Assembly: GCF_963921235.1 (NCBI RefSeq)
Contig: NC_086108.1
Location: 41,976,001-42,040,000 of the forward strand
Direction of reading: 5' to 3'
Source: Mobula hypostoma
Taxonomy: Eukaryota
Length of the DNA stretch: 64,000 bases
Shown here: one piece after another, positions 1 to 11,631 of the stretch
Numbering within the stretch: position 1 is the first letter of the stretch
Layout of the letters: each line of letters starts with the position of its first letter
Position numbers and translations under genes: made by a program
Notes under the pieces: model-generated
The model's database searches: none
The model's input: only the letters and a program-made list of their open reading frames with translations
What the model was told of the DNA's origin: nothing

Positions 1-2085
1 ATCTAACATTGAAAACAATCTCAGTATTCTGCATGTAGAAAGCTGCATTTCAAATTGTGCTTTGGGCATATACGAAGCTCTGGTTAGCATACCAAATCAG
101 TAAACACAAATGGATTTATTCTTTTTATAAAACAACATTGAATCTTCATCTGCCATTTTAAAAGGCTGGAGTTTTAATCCTTTGACAAGAGTTCATAGTG
201 GATTAAAAAGAACAACTGAGCTGGGACTGACCTAAACCATAAATCAGTGACGGACACTAATTTTAAAATCCTGTGTATAAGAATAAAATTTAACTGCCTC
301 TCCAAAAAAAAATCAATTCCAACAATTAGAACGCCACATTCAAAATGCAAAGATGATGAAAGAGGAATCAGTAGTATAAGTTCTAAATATCCAAAGTTTC
401 CAAAATAACGTAAACCTGAATGTCAGTTTCAACCAAATATCTGAGGTCATATCAACTAGTTGACACTTACTGATATATTCACAAATACACTGTTGATGAA
501 GCTAAAGTTCTTAAGATTTGCTTTCAATCCAAATTTTTTAAAAACTGTTTTTGAGTGTATAATTGGTTTCATGGAAGTCACACTTTGAACGAAAGAACTG
601 TCAGCAAATGTCAAAGTTACAGACAACATGTAACCATTTCTCAAGAAGTCAAGTGAGGTATGTTAGATGCTCAGCTTCATTCGATCCACAAGCACATATG
701 CAATGAACAAAAACCTCAGTCTCTTAATGGTGTACTTAATTTGGAGAAAAAGTTTCAAAGCTATTTCAATACTAAATTCTTTTAGTTTAATATGAAGAAT
801 TATGAGGTCCTTTAACATTCTTAATCTTGTGGCAAGTTCTCTGTGTGTTCCTTTGAAAGCAAAGATATACCGTCCACTCCTTGTATTGTTCAATGAGGAC
901 ACATGTCTGCTACATCAAGAATTGTTATTAGGAATTATCAAGCAGGTTTGAGAATAATCTGTAATCTATATTTACCATGTTCTACCTAATCAGCTGAAAA
1001 TAAATGCAGGAGAATATACAATTCCAATAGGAAACAACAGTATTTTGTTCATCTCTGTTATTAACCTTAGTTAAATGGTAACAATATCTTAATCTCCCTA
1101 TGTAAATACTAGCATTTCAGTTTGGAGTTTACGTATATTTTTAACGTGTTCAGCCAATAAACTCTTAAGAATGGCAATAAATATATTGTTTTATTTTAAA
1201 TAGAAATAAATGAAAAACAAATGTAAAAACTTGAACAAAATAGAAAAATGAACAAGGAAATAACCTCAAAAGTACTGCATTAGATATTTATGTTCCCATT
1301 ATAAATGAACAATGTTGCCAGTTGCGCCTCCTAACCTTACCCAGTACACAGAATGATGTTCCGTGGACACATACAGCAATAGTCTCAGATTCGGGCAATG
1401 AAGAAAGTAACAACTAAGTGGCAAGAAATTCTTCAGGTATACATTAACAGATTATCGAAATTCAGTAATCCAATCTGGGTGTTCCAGACAGCAATCATGA
1501 TTTGCCCTCAACTGGATTACTGCTTTGTAGTAATTCATCTGCAGGTATCCATTATCCTCTTCAATACACACACTATCTACAAAGTACTGCTAATGGGCTC
1601 TGCAACAATTAGGAAGGTCACAGACACTTGCGAGGTGATCCTGTTAAAGCTAGCAAACAAAATTATTTTATTGTTCAAAATCTCTATGTCTATTAATGAA
1701 CAGCTGAGGTCCACTATAAAGTAGTCGTAGGGTTGGTAAGAACTTTCAAATGATTAACATCCTGAATAAGCGCACATCAATTTTTTTTTTGCAGAACGTA
1801 GCACACAAAACAGAGCACGGAAATTATCTCTGCCACATTACCACACCAATGCTTAACTTGCCCTACTATTGTAAAAGCAGCATTACCCCACGTTACATTG
1901 CCAATGTCTCGGAGAAGGCAAGTAATCACCACCTCTCTAATTGTTTAGTCAATCACTTTACTCAACTTTGGCAACTTCCATAAGTCAGCAAAAAGCAACG
2001 CTGCAATTCAAAGCTAAAAGAAATGCAATCTAACCCCTCATTTCAGAGAAACCCTAGCAGTGCAGAGGCCAAGTAATGAGGCAAT

Positions 2086-2104
2086 GTCGCCATCTGGTGG
2101 TAGG
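2086..2104 (-). promoter_or_regulatory. Candidate CTCF binding site
   Basis: Minus strand reads CCACCAGATGGCGAC, close to the CTCF core consensus CCASYAGRKGGCRS, in non-repeat DNA. Confidence 0.55.
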
Positions 2105-4021
2105 TTTTGAAAACTAGAACCACTGATTTTTCTGATTAGAAACATGCACATCTCATATACAGTACATTGCTGGAGACGACGTGAGAAGACAGCATTAATT
2201 AATCATCTCTTGAAATCAATTACAGCTTTATTGGTTTTTGCAATCTTTAGCATCTTATGACTGAGTATTTTGTGCTTATTAATTGCAGATGCTTCAATTT
2301 AATTATTTTATTTCTTACTGTACCTTGGAGTAATTTTTATGTCTTGCATTGCAGTACAGCCACAAAACAACAAATTTCATGACATTATGTCAATGATAAT
2401 AAGCCATATTCTGATTCAAAACCAACACGCACAAAATGCTGGAGGAACTCAGCAGAGGAGGCAGAATCTATGGAAGAATCTTGTCTTCCACAGTGAAGCA
2501 CCCTTCTGTGAGCAGATTGTTCATGGCACAGAATCCCACCAGCCTTCCACCATTGTTATTCATCGTTTCACATCCATGCATGCCCATGACCCTGGTGAAG
2601 TGTGAGTTGTTATTTCCCACTTATCTGCACTACATGTAGTTAATTATCTCTGTTTCAGAACATCCCCAAAGACAGTACAGATATAAATAGGGACAAAGGA
2701 CAGTTATGTGATTGAGTTGTTTACCTTTCATTTATTTTTAACTTTTTAATGTATTTAAAAAATATATATTTTGTTAAGAATTAATCAATTATACTTGAGC
2801 TTTCTTTAAATATCACAGACTACAGTAGAGGAAGTTTAAAATGCTTTATAGTGATAATCTGGCAAGATGTCGGAGCACCATACAGCAAGGTCTCTAACGT
2901 TTCCTCTCCTCTCACCTTGCTGGGTCCGTTCACCCATATCTCCGCATTCAGAGAAGCCAATTATGGATAGGTATTGCCGATTTCTGAAAATTATCCAATC
3001 CTGTAGCCTAGCACTGATCTTCACAGAGTTATATAGCACAGAAACAGGCTTTTCAGCCCAACTCATGCATGCTACCCAGGTTGCCTACCTGAGCTAGACC
3101 CAGCCCTCTAAACCATCCCTATCCATGCCCTTGTCTAAATATATTTCAAATGCCGGAACTGTATCCACCTTTCCAGCATCCTCTGGCAGCTCGTTCCATA
3201 TTCCAACCACCCTCTGTGTGAAAAAGTGCTCCTCTGGATGCTTTTAAATCTCTCCACTGACTCTAAACCAATGCCCCCAATGGCAACACACAGATTAGAG
3301 ATTCAAAACCCCTCACTTTTCAACATATTTACCATGCCACTAAACAGAAGAATCTTCTTCATATTTCAACAAATTTTCACAACTGCACTGCTTCAAGGTT
3401 GACTCTGGAATATCATCAGGTCATAGATGATTCAACATGCCTTTTATTTGAGTGTGTTTTTTTTATTTTAGAGATACAACGCAGTAACGAGTATTTCCAA
3501 CCCAATGAGGTCTCCCCACCCAATTACACCCATGTGATTAATTAACATACTAATCCGTATGTCTTTAAAGAATGGGATGAAACCAGAGCCCTGCACTGCC
3601 TAGTCAGTCATCCAGAGCCCTCAATTCCCAGTATTTACCTTCAGTTAAAGACTCCTAATAAGGCCCAAGAGGATTTTCTTACATTTGACATCATGGCAGA
3701 GGGGTCTAGAAACAGGGGCAAAGACTAAAACTGGAAGATGGATTGAGACACAGAAGAAATGTACTTTACCAGAGGATAGCAGGGCTCTTACTTGCTGAAA
3801 GGATTTTTGAGGCAGAAACCTTCAGCAGCGTTAACAAAATGCCTGGATAAGCAGCTAAAGTCTGGGGCATGCAGGGTCAGGAACTGAGTGATGGGGGGTG
3901 GGATTTACTTTGGTGGTTCTTTTGCACCCAACACAGACTCAGTGGAATGAATGGCCTCCCAGCATCGTGAGTTTTTTTTACATTTTAGGTGAAAGAATAA
4001 ATTCTTTCTTTCTTTAAACTC

Positions 4022-7000
4022 CCCAGGAGGACCACAACCTTGTCGGAGGGTTTGGAGGCTTTCGTGCCTCAACGAGCCAGAGAGCTATGTTGTCCGGAGA
4101 CAGGGCTCTATGCTTTGGCTCTTGGCAGGGTCACCCATGCCAAACAGGTCAAAGGGTAGAGGCCACACCAAGAGTGGTCCACCTGTCCTCCAGATTCAGA
4201 GGTCCAGCGCAGGCCTAACAATCCTGACTGGTCAAACAAAACTGTTACAGAAACAGCAATGAAGAACCCTACATCTGTGTGTGACAATATCCCTGAGTCT
4301 CCACCTGGGACTTGCATGGCTGACGGTAGTGAAAACTGCGAGGAAGCTACTAACATGATGAAGAAAGCCCTGAAGTCTGCCAAGACCAAGACCAAAATTG
4401 GTTTCTGGAATGTACAAACCATGTACAACACTGGCAAGCTAGCACAAGTAACTGCAGAAATCCATTGTTACAGCCTACATATACTGTGCGTCAGTGAAAG
4501 CAGGTGGACAGGGTCTGGCAGACTAAAAGCAACAACTGGTGAGACGGTTTTATGCTCAGGAGGGGAATATGGTCAGCATCATGATGGTGTAGCTGTCATT
4601 TTGAAGAAAGGTATTGAGAAATGCTTGCTGGAGTGGAAACCAGTCAACAGGAGGCTGGTAAGAGTCAGACTGAAAGAGAAGCAAGTGAACATGACTGTGA
4701 TCCAGTGCTATGCTCCAACTAACAACAGTGACATTGAAGAAAAGGAACTCTTCTATGAACAACTGCAATAAGAGATCAAGTTAACACGACACCTTGACAT
4801 AATCGTCGTCATGGAAGATCTAAATGCCAAAGTGGGAAATAACAACTCACACTTCACTAGGGTCATGGACACGCATGGATGTGGAACGATGAATAACAAT
4901 GGTGGAAGACTGGTGGAATTCCGTGCCATGAACAATCTGGTCACAGAAGGGTCCCTCCTTCCACACCATGAAATCCACTAAGTGACATGGTGCTCACCCA
5001 ATGGACGCAACAAGAACCAAATTGGCCATTTGAGGCACACACTCAATAATTCAGGAGCAGCTTCTTTCCCCCTGCCATCTGATCTCAGAATAGGCATTGA
5101 ACCTTTGAACATTACCTCATGACTATTTTATTTCTATTTTTACACCACTTATTTAATTTAACTATTTATAAATTCTCATTCTGATTCTGATGATCAATGG
5201 TATGCGGAGACAATCCTTGCAGGATGTAAAGGTGAAGGAAAGAGCAGATACAGGAAGTCATCACCAGCTTGTTGTAACTCAAGCTGAGAAGCAGCCGCAC
5301 CAGGACACATGTACAAAAACGTTCTGAAGGTGAGAAGCCCAAGGGTACCAGTGTGAGATCTGCCTTCACCATTCAGCTTAAGGACAGACTTCAAGCCTTG
5401 TAAGACATTGGAAAGGATGTGTCAGTAGACAAGATCACACAATGTGGAAATGATTGCCTCAGTCTTCGAGGAGAGCAATGGGGGTCATCTAGGATACAGA
5501 GCTGGAAAGCAGAACAAAGAATGGACACAGCAGGAAAGAGGGACAGCCTTAGAAGAAAGATGGAAAATTAAGAAAGAGCTGGATGGAAAGCCAACATGAC
5601 TTAAGGTGAAACTTCAGCTAGTATACACTGAAGCTAACAAGAATGTGAAGAGACCTGAGAAAGGATATGGGTGTCTACATGGAACACCTTACAGTGCAAG
5701 CCAAAGGTGACCAGTGAAATATATAAAATAGTTCAAAATTAGTATACAGAAGTTTCCAGGCCATAAAACCATAAGACATAGGAGCTGAATTAGGCCATTC
5801 AGCCTAGTGAGTCTGCTCCACCATTCCACCATGGCTAATCCTGGATCCCACTGAACCTGCCTTCTTGCTATATCCTTTGATACCCTGACTAAACAGGAAG
5901 CTATCAGTTTCCGCCTTAAGTATACCAATGGACATGGCCTCCACCGCAGTCTTTGGCAGAGCATTCCACAGATTTACTACCCTCTGGCTAAAAAAAAATC
6001 CTCCTTACCTCGTTCTAAAAGGTCGCTCCTCAATTTGAGGCTATGCCCTCTCATTCTGGATACCCCCACCATAGGAAACATCCTCTCCACATCCACCTTA
6101 TCTAGTCCTTTCAATATTTGGTAGGTTTCAATGAAATCCCCACATTCTTCTAAATTCCAGTTAGTACAGGCCCAAAGCTACCAAATGCTCCTCATATGTT
6201 AACCCCTTCATTCCTGAGATCATCCTCGTGAACCTCCTCTGGACCCTCTCCAATGACAACACATGCTTTCTGAGAGATGGGGTCCAAAACTGTTGACAAT
6301 ACTCCAAGAGCAGCCTGAGTAGTGTCTTATAAAGCCTCAGCATCATCTCCTTGCTTTTATATTCTATTCCCCTTGATATAAATGCCAACATTGCATTTGC
6401 CTTCTTTAGCACAGTCTCAACTTGTAAATTAACCTTCTGGGAGTCTTGATGAGGACCTAAGTCCCTCTGCACCTCTGATGTTTCAACTTCCCCCCCCCCC
6501 CCCATTTAGATCATAATCTGCACTACTGTTCCTTTTACCAAAATGCATTATCATACATTTCCCAACACTGTATTCCATCTGCCACTTTTTTGCCCGTTCT
6601 TCCAATATGTCTAAGTCTTTCTGCAATTGCATTGCTTCCTCAGCACTACCTACCCCTCCACCTGCCTTCATATTATTTGCAAACTTTGCCACAAAGCCAT
6701 CAGTTCCATTATCCAAGCCACTAACAAACAATGTGAAAAGTAGCAGTCCCAATACTGACCCCTGAGGAACACCATTCGTTACTGGCAACCAACCTGAAAA
6801 GGCTCCCTTTATTCCCACTCACTACCTCATGCCTGTCAGCCATTCCTCTAGCCATACCAGTATCTTTCCTGGAACACCACAGGATTTTATCTTGTTAAGT
6901 AGCCTCACGTTTGGCACCTTTTCAAATGCCTTCTGAAAATCCAAGTAAATGACATCCACTGCCTCTCCTTTGTCCACCCTGCTTGTTACTTCCTTGAAAA

Positions 7001-8678
7001 ATTCTAACAGATTTGTCAGGCGAGATTTCCTTTCACAGAAACCATGCTGATTTTGACTTATTTTATTTTAGGCCAGATCCAGTGGCCCCATGAGAGATAA
7101 AAACGGTTTGCTTTTAACAACTGAGAAAGAGCAAGGAGCACAATGGATAGAGTATGTTGGAAAATTACTGAAAATAAACCAGCACCAGATGAAGAACCTG
7201 ATATGTGAGAGGCAGCAGAGGACCTCTACATCAACATAGGTCCACCCAAGAAAAAAAAGAGATTATTGCTACGATTAACTTACTAAAGAACAGCAAAGCT
7301 CCAGGACATGACAATTTGAACACCAAACTTTTCAAAGCTGAACCAAAAGTTGTAGTAGTCACCCTGCAACCACTGTTTACTATTGTCTAGGAACGAGGAC
7401 AAGTTCCCAAGGACTGGACAAAGGACTGTTAGGATCCTGACTAAGTGATTGCAACAACTGGCATGACATCACACTTTTGTCAGTGCTCAGCAAGATTTTT
7501 GCCAAAGTCATTGCCCAACAGATTACAGATGCTGTCGATGTCTGCTTGAGAAAAGATCAAGCTGACTTCAGGAAGAACAGAGGCTGTATCGACCAGATCT
7601 TCACACTGCCCAACATCATAGAGCGGTGCACCCAGTACCGGAGACAATTGTGTGTAAATTTTCTGGATTTGAAAAGGCTTTTGGTAGCATCCACAGGGAA
7701 GGCCTCAGGTGAATTCTCAAATCATATGGGGTCCCTTCCAAATCTGTCCAGCTCATCCATATTTTCCATGCTAACTTCACCTGCACAGTTGGGGATGGCT
7801 TTGAGGTCAAGTCAGAAGTGAGGTAAGGCTGCGTTATGACAGTGACATTGTTTAACCTGGTGATCGACTGGGTTATGAGGCAAACAATGAAAGGTGAGCA
7901 GGGAGGTATTAGGTGGACTCTGTTCTCTACTTTGGAAGAGCTTGACTTTGTGGATGACCTCACATTACCATCACATGCAAGAGAAAACTCCGTGCCTATA
8001 CCTTTGGTGGACAGGTTAGACTCAGGGCCAGCCAGAGAAAGACTCAGACCATGGCCCTCACCGTAGAGTCTTGTCCCTCACATCAAGGAATATTTACCCA
8101 GTGTCAACTTACCAAGTACCGGCAGATTCACCTGTCTGGGCAGCATCACTCAGCACGATGGTGAGACCAAGGACGACATCCACAGCAGACTCAGCAAAGC
8201 TAGAAACATCTTCAGAACAATGAGCAACACCTGATCAACCAAGTATAGCGTCCATAACAGGGTGAAGCTATACCAGAGCTGTGTTCTGTCCTTAATCTTG
8301 TGCGGGTCAGAATGTTGGTGCATGACTGAGAGTGACCCTTGCCAAGCTGTCATCACCCCACACCACAAGCCTCTGGAAGATCCTTGATATCTTCTGGCTA
8401 AGAAAGATCTCCTTCAGTGTCATCAAGCAGCTATGGCAGAAACGTTGGAGATGGATTGGGCACATGATGAAGCCAACTTCATCATCAGGTCAGCATTTCA
8501 TTGCACCCCTGAAGGGCGGAGGAAAAACGGGAAACCAAAAATAAGTTGACTCCATAATGTAGAGGCAGAAATGATGACCCTGAACATGAGCACAATAGAG
8601 AAGTTGGCCAAGGACAGACAGAGACAAAGGACCTCCATTACTGCCCTAGATGCCAACAGAGTAATGGGCAGTAAGATG
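4022..8678 (+). mobile_element. Decayed near-full-length RTE-clade LINE (APE endonuclease plus RT), interrupted by a CR1
   Basis: IGFWNVQTM...VSESRWTGSG...IQCYAPTN (4259..4771); RT remnants (GCIDQIFTL, LDFVDDL); 3' end gggcagtaag; candidate 9-bp TSD TTTAAACTC at 4013-4021 and 8679-8687. Confidence 0.8.
5764..7065 (-). mobile_element. CR1 LINE 3' fragment nested in the RTE element
   Basis: VTNGVPQGSVLG, KFA..., LERVQRRFTRMI in ORFs 6483..6818 and 6161..6505; CR1-type tail at the left end. Confidence 0.88.
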
Positions 8679-9449
8679 TTTAAACTCGAGCAAATAAAAT
8701 ATCATTTGTCGATTGAGTTATCTTTCAACACACACTATATCGACTTCAAAACAGCTGCTGCTAGAAGCAGGAAACAACCAACTGCGGAAATTTGAACAGC
8801 TGAAGGTTTTCTGGAAAAGCAAGATGATGGCAGCTGTATTCGTGTGAGCAATGTGTGATTAGTGAGATTGCACTGATGTTCTCCCAGCCAATGCAAATTA
8901 AATGCTCCAGACAACTTCTAATTACATTCAATATTGATCTTGGTCATTGCAAATTTATTGAAAGTTTTAAGTGCTATTTCCAATTATGACAAAATCACAA
9001 TAAATGAAAATTGGTTCAATAACAAGGCTATGCAAATATTTATTGCCTGTAAATTTGTTTCACTATTATCTATTTACAAGAGCTTGGATAATACATACTG
9101 TATAATCAAATTTAGCACAATAAGCAAGTTATATAAATAGCAGTATCTGTTGTTTTAATACTCTGCACTGGCTTTGTAGCTACTCTTTGGACTGCAGCCC
9201 TGTCAGTCTTGGCTAAAGTAACCTTTGGAGTCAAGTTACCAGAAGACAAGAAACAGTAGTTCACACAAGCCGACAAGTGTTTTAAAGACATTACAAATCA
9301 ATATTAATTTATTACAATAAAGCCAACAAAATCATCTGCAGCCATACCCCACCATCCCCTCACCCCTCCCAGCAGTCTGAGAGCATTGCAGAGATTTCTT
9401 GGACCAAACAATATTCAGTGAAATCTTCCATGGTGTGCAACACAGAATA

Positions 9450-10150
9450 AAGTTCAAAGTAAATTTTATTATCGAAGTAGATATATGCCACCATATTCAA
9501 CCCTAATATTCATTTTCTTGTGAGCATAATCAACAAGTCTATAGAATAATAACTATAACAGAATCAATGAAAGACCACCCAACTAATGCATTCAACCAGA
9601 GTGCAGAAGACAATGAACTGTGCAAATACAAAATGAAGAAACAATAGTGATAAATAAGCAATAAATAACGAGATCATGAGAAGGAAGAGTCCTTGAAAGT
9701 GAGTCAATTGGTTGCAGAAACATTTCAATGATGGGGCAAGTGAAGTTGAGTGATGTTATCCTCTTTGGTTCAAGAGCCTGATGGCTGAAGGTTAGTAACT
9801 GTTCCTGAACCTAGTGGTGTGAGTCCTGAGGCTCTTGTACCTTCTTGATGGCAGTAGTGAGAAGAGAGCCCTGGGTAGATGGAAGCTCCTTTGCTGCGAC
9901 AGCCTGTCATGTAAATGTGATCAATGGTGGCAGGGCTTTACCCGTGATGGACCGTGCCACATCCACTATCTTTTGTAGGATTTTCCATTCAAGGACATTG
10001 ATGTTTCCATCCCAGCCTGTGATGCAGCCAGTCAATATACTCTCCACTACTCATCTATAGAAGTTTGTCAAAGTTTTAGATGTCATGCCAAATCTTCGGA
10101 AGCTCCTATGGAAGTAGAGGAGCTGCCATGCTTTCTGCGTAAATGCACCA
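9450..10150 (-). mobile_element. Rex1/Babar-like LINE 3' fragment
   Basis: Similar to the 3' part of the 24660-25965 element (gtgatgcagccagtcaatatactctccac...tagaagtttgtc). Confidence 0.6.
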
Positions 10151-11510
10151 ATATGTTCTAAACCACTAAATGGTTTGAGTAATTCATTCTTAACTTAGGC
10201 TCTGCTGTTAAGATATCAATTAATGGCACTCGTCCACTCCAACCAACATAACCAACATCTCAGTATCTCTGATTTATTTTTCTTAATACTCTGCACCCTG
10301 CAGCCAGTTCATCTGGACTCTAGAGGCACCCTGCCTCCAGATCATTGTTTGAATGAAGCTTTTTGCTACACTTGTTAATCTGACATTCTCTGGCCACAGA
10401 ACCATTGCTGAAGGGAATACAGATGGGCCTTGGAAATCTATCCTATCAGGTAATTAATTTCTTCCTGCACTTGAAAGCAGCAGCCAAAGATGTCCCAGAT
10501 GAATGTGGAGCTCTCTGGCTAGCACGCTGATCCCCAAATATATGCATAGAAGAATTATTTGGTCCCCCTGATTTAAGAAAGGATATATTCACCTTGCAGT
10601 CAGTCCAAAAAAAATTTGCAGAACTCATTTGCTGGAATGAGAGGTTTGTCTTATCACAAGTGGCTAAAGAAATGACCGTAGTTGAAGAGCTGAGGGGCCT
10701 ACACTTACTCTTTTGTTTAATGCTCATCTGGTTCCTCCAGATATTGCAGAGCACAGATTTTGCCAGATATACTCTTGACCTGTTACTAACTGAATTTAGA
10801 AGCAGGCACATAAAGCTGGTTTCAGAAAAAGGAAAGAAAACAAACAAAATCAAAATATTGTAATTAAATGCAAACCTTTTCAAAAAAGTTTGTCTGCACT
10901 TGATAGCACATGGTCAAAAGCACAATACTAAGAACAGGACGAAGAACACTCAAATAAACATTTGTCAGTAAGAAACTTCAGCACAACTGCGTGTAATTTA
11001 AAAATGTGCTTTCTGCCAAATTTCCTGGAAAAACAATCTACAGCACAAGTCAAAAATTTCACCCACCATGAAAATACTTCGAGATCATAAGACCAGGTTA
11101 CAAGTTCACTGAAAAGCAGATGTCAAAATATTCCTATGTTCCACTGCCAACCTGTGAACTATAAATGTACTTGTAAAAAATGACAAATTAGTCTTTACCA
11201 GTCATGGAATGCTACTGAAAATAAAATGCTCATATTCCTATTAGTTTAATATGAAATGTTTCTGAGTATGGACTGGAATTCAGAGAATAGTCGTCTGAAT
11301 GGACAGAGCAAGTTAAATATACAGACATTTAGAAAAATACAATAGAATAGTATCTAACATTATTTAAGCAATGCACCCTATTGAACAGTGAAAGAAGCAA
11401 ACATTTGTTTTTATAAATTCATGACTGTATGTTCAGCGGAGACATCTTATGGGAGCACTCAAAGAACTCATACCCTAACAATGTGCATTGGAAGAAGCCA
11501 TATCACTCAC

Positions 11511-11631
11511 CTGCAGGGAATTCAGTATCACAAAGATATACGCCATCACAACAGAAAATGGAACAAGTACTCCACAGAGCCACGTGAGTCCCAAAATGGG
11601 CAACAGTACCAGCACCGCCTTCACAGCAGTC
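11511..11631 (-). CDS. ADGRD2: ADGRD2 exon 19: TM6 and first half of TM7
   Basis: RTAVKAVLVLLPILGLTWLCGVLVPFSVVMAYIFVILNSLQ; acceptor ctgttgcag, donor gtgagt. Confidence 0.95.

Noticed and set aside
663..902. ORF segment GRYIFAFKGTHRE as the missing TM7 exon
   Set aside because: Only weak similarity and no AG acceptor directly before the Gly codon.
2916..2983. Exon-like segment (ttttcag...CAAG|gtgaga) on the minus strand
   Set aside because: Open only in phase 2, with no recognisable homology; cannot be joined to exon 19 without an unseen exon.
10446..10883. 145-aa minus-strand ORF as the ADGRD2 C-terminus
   Set aside because: The available acceptors give the wrong phase after NSLQ, and the TM7 motif is absent.
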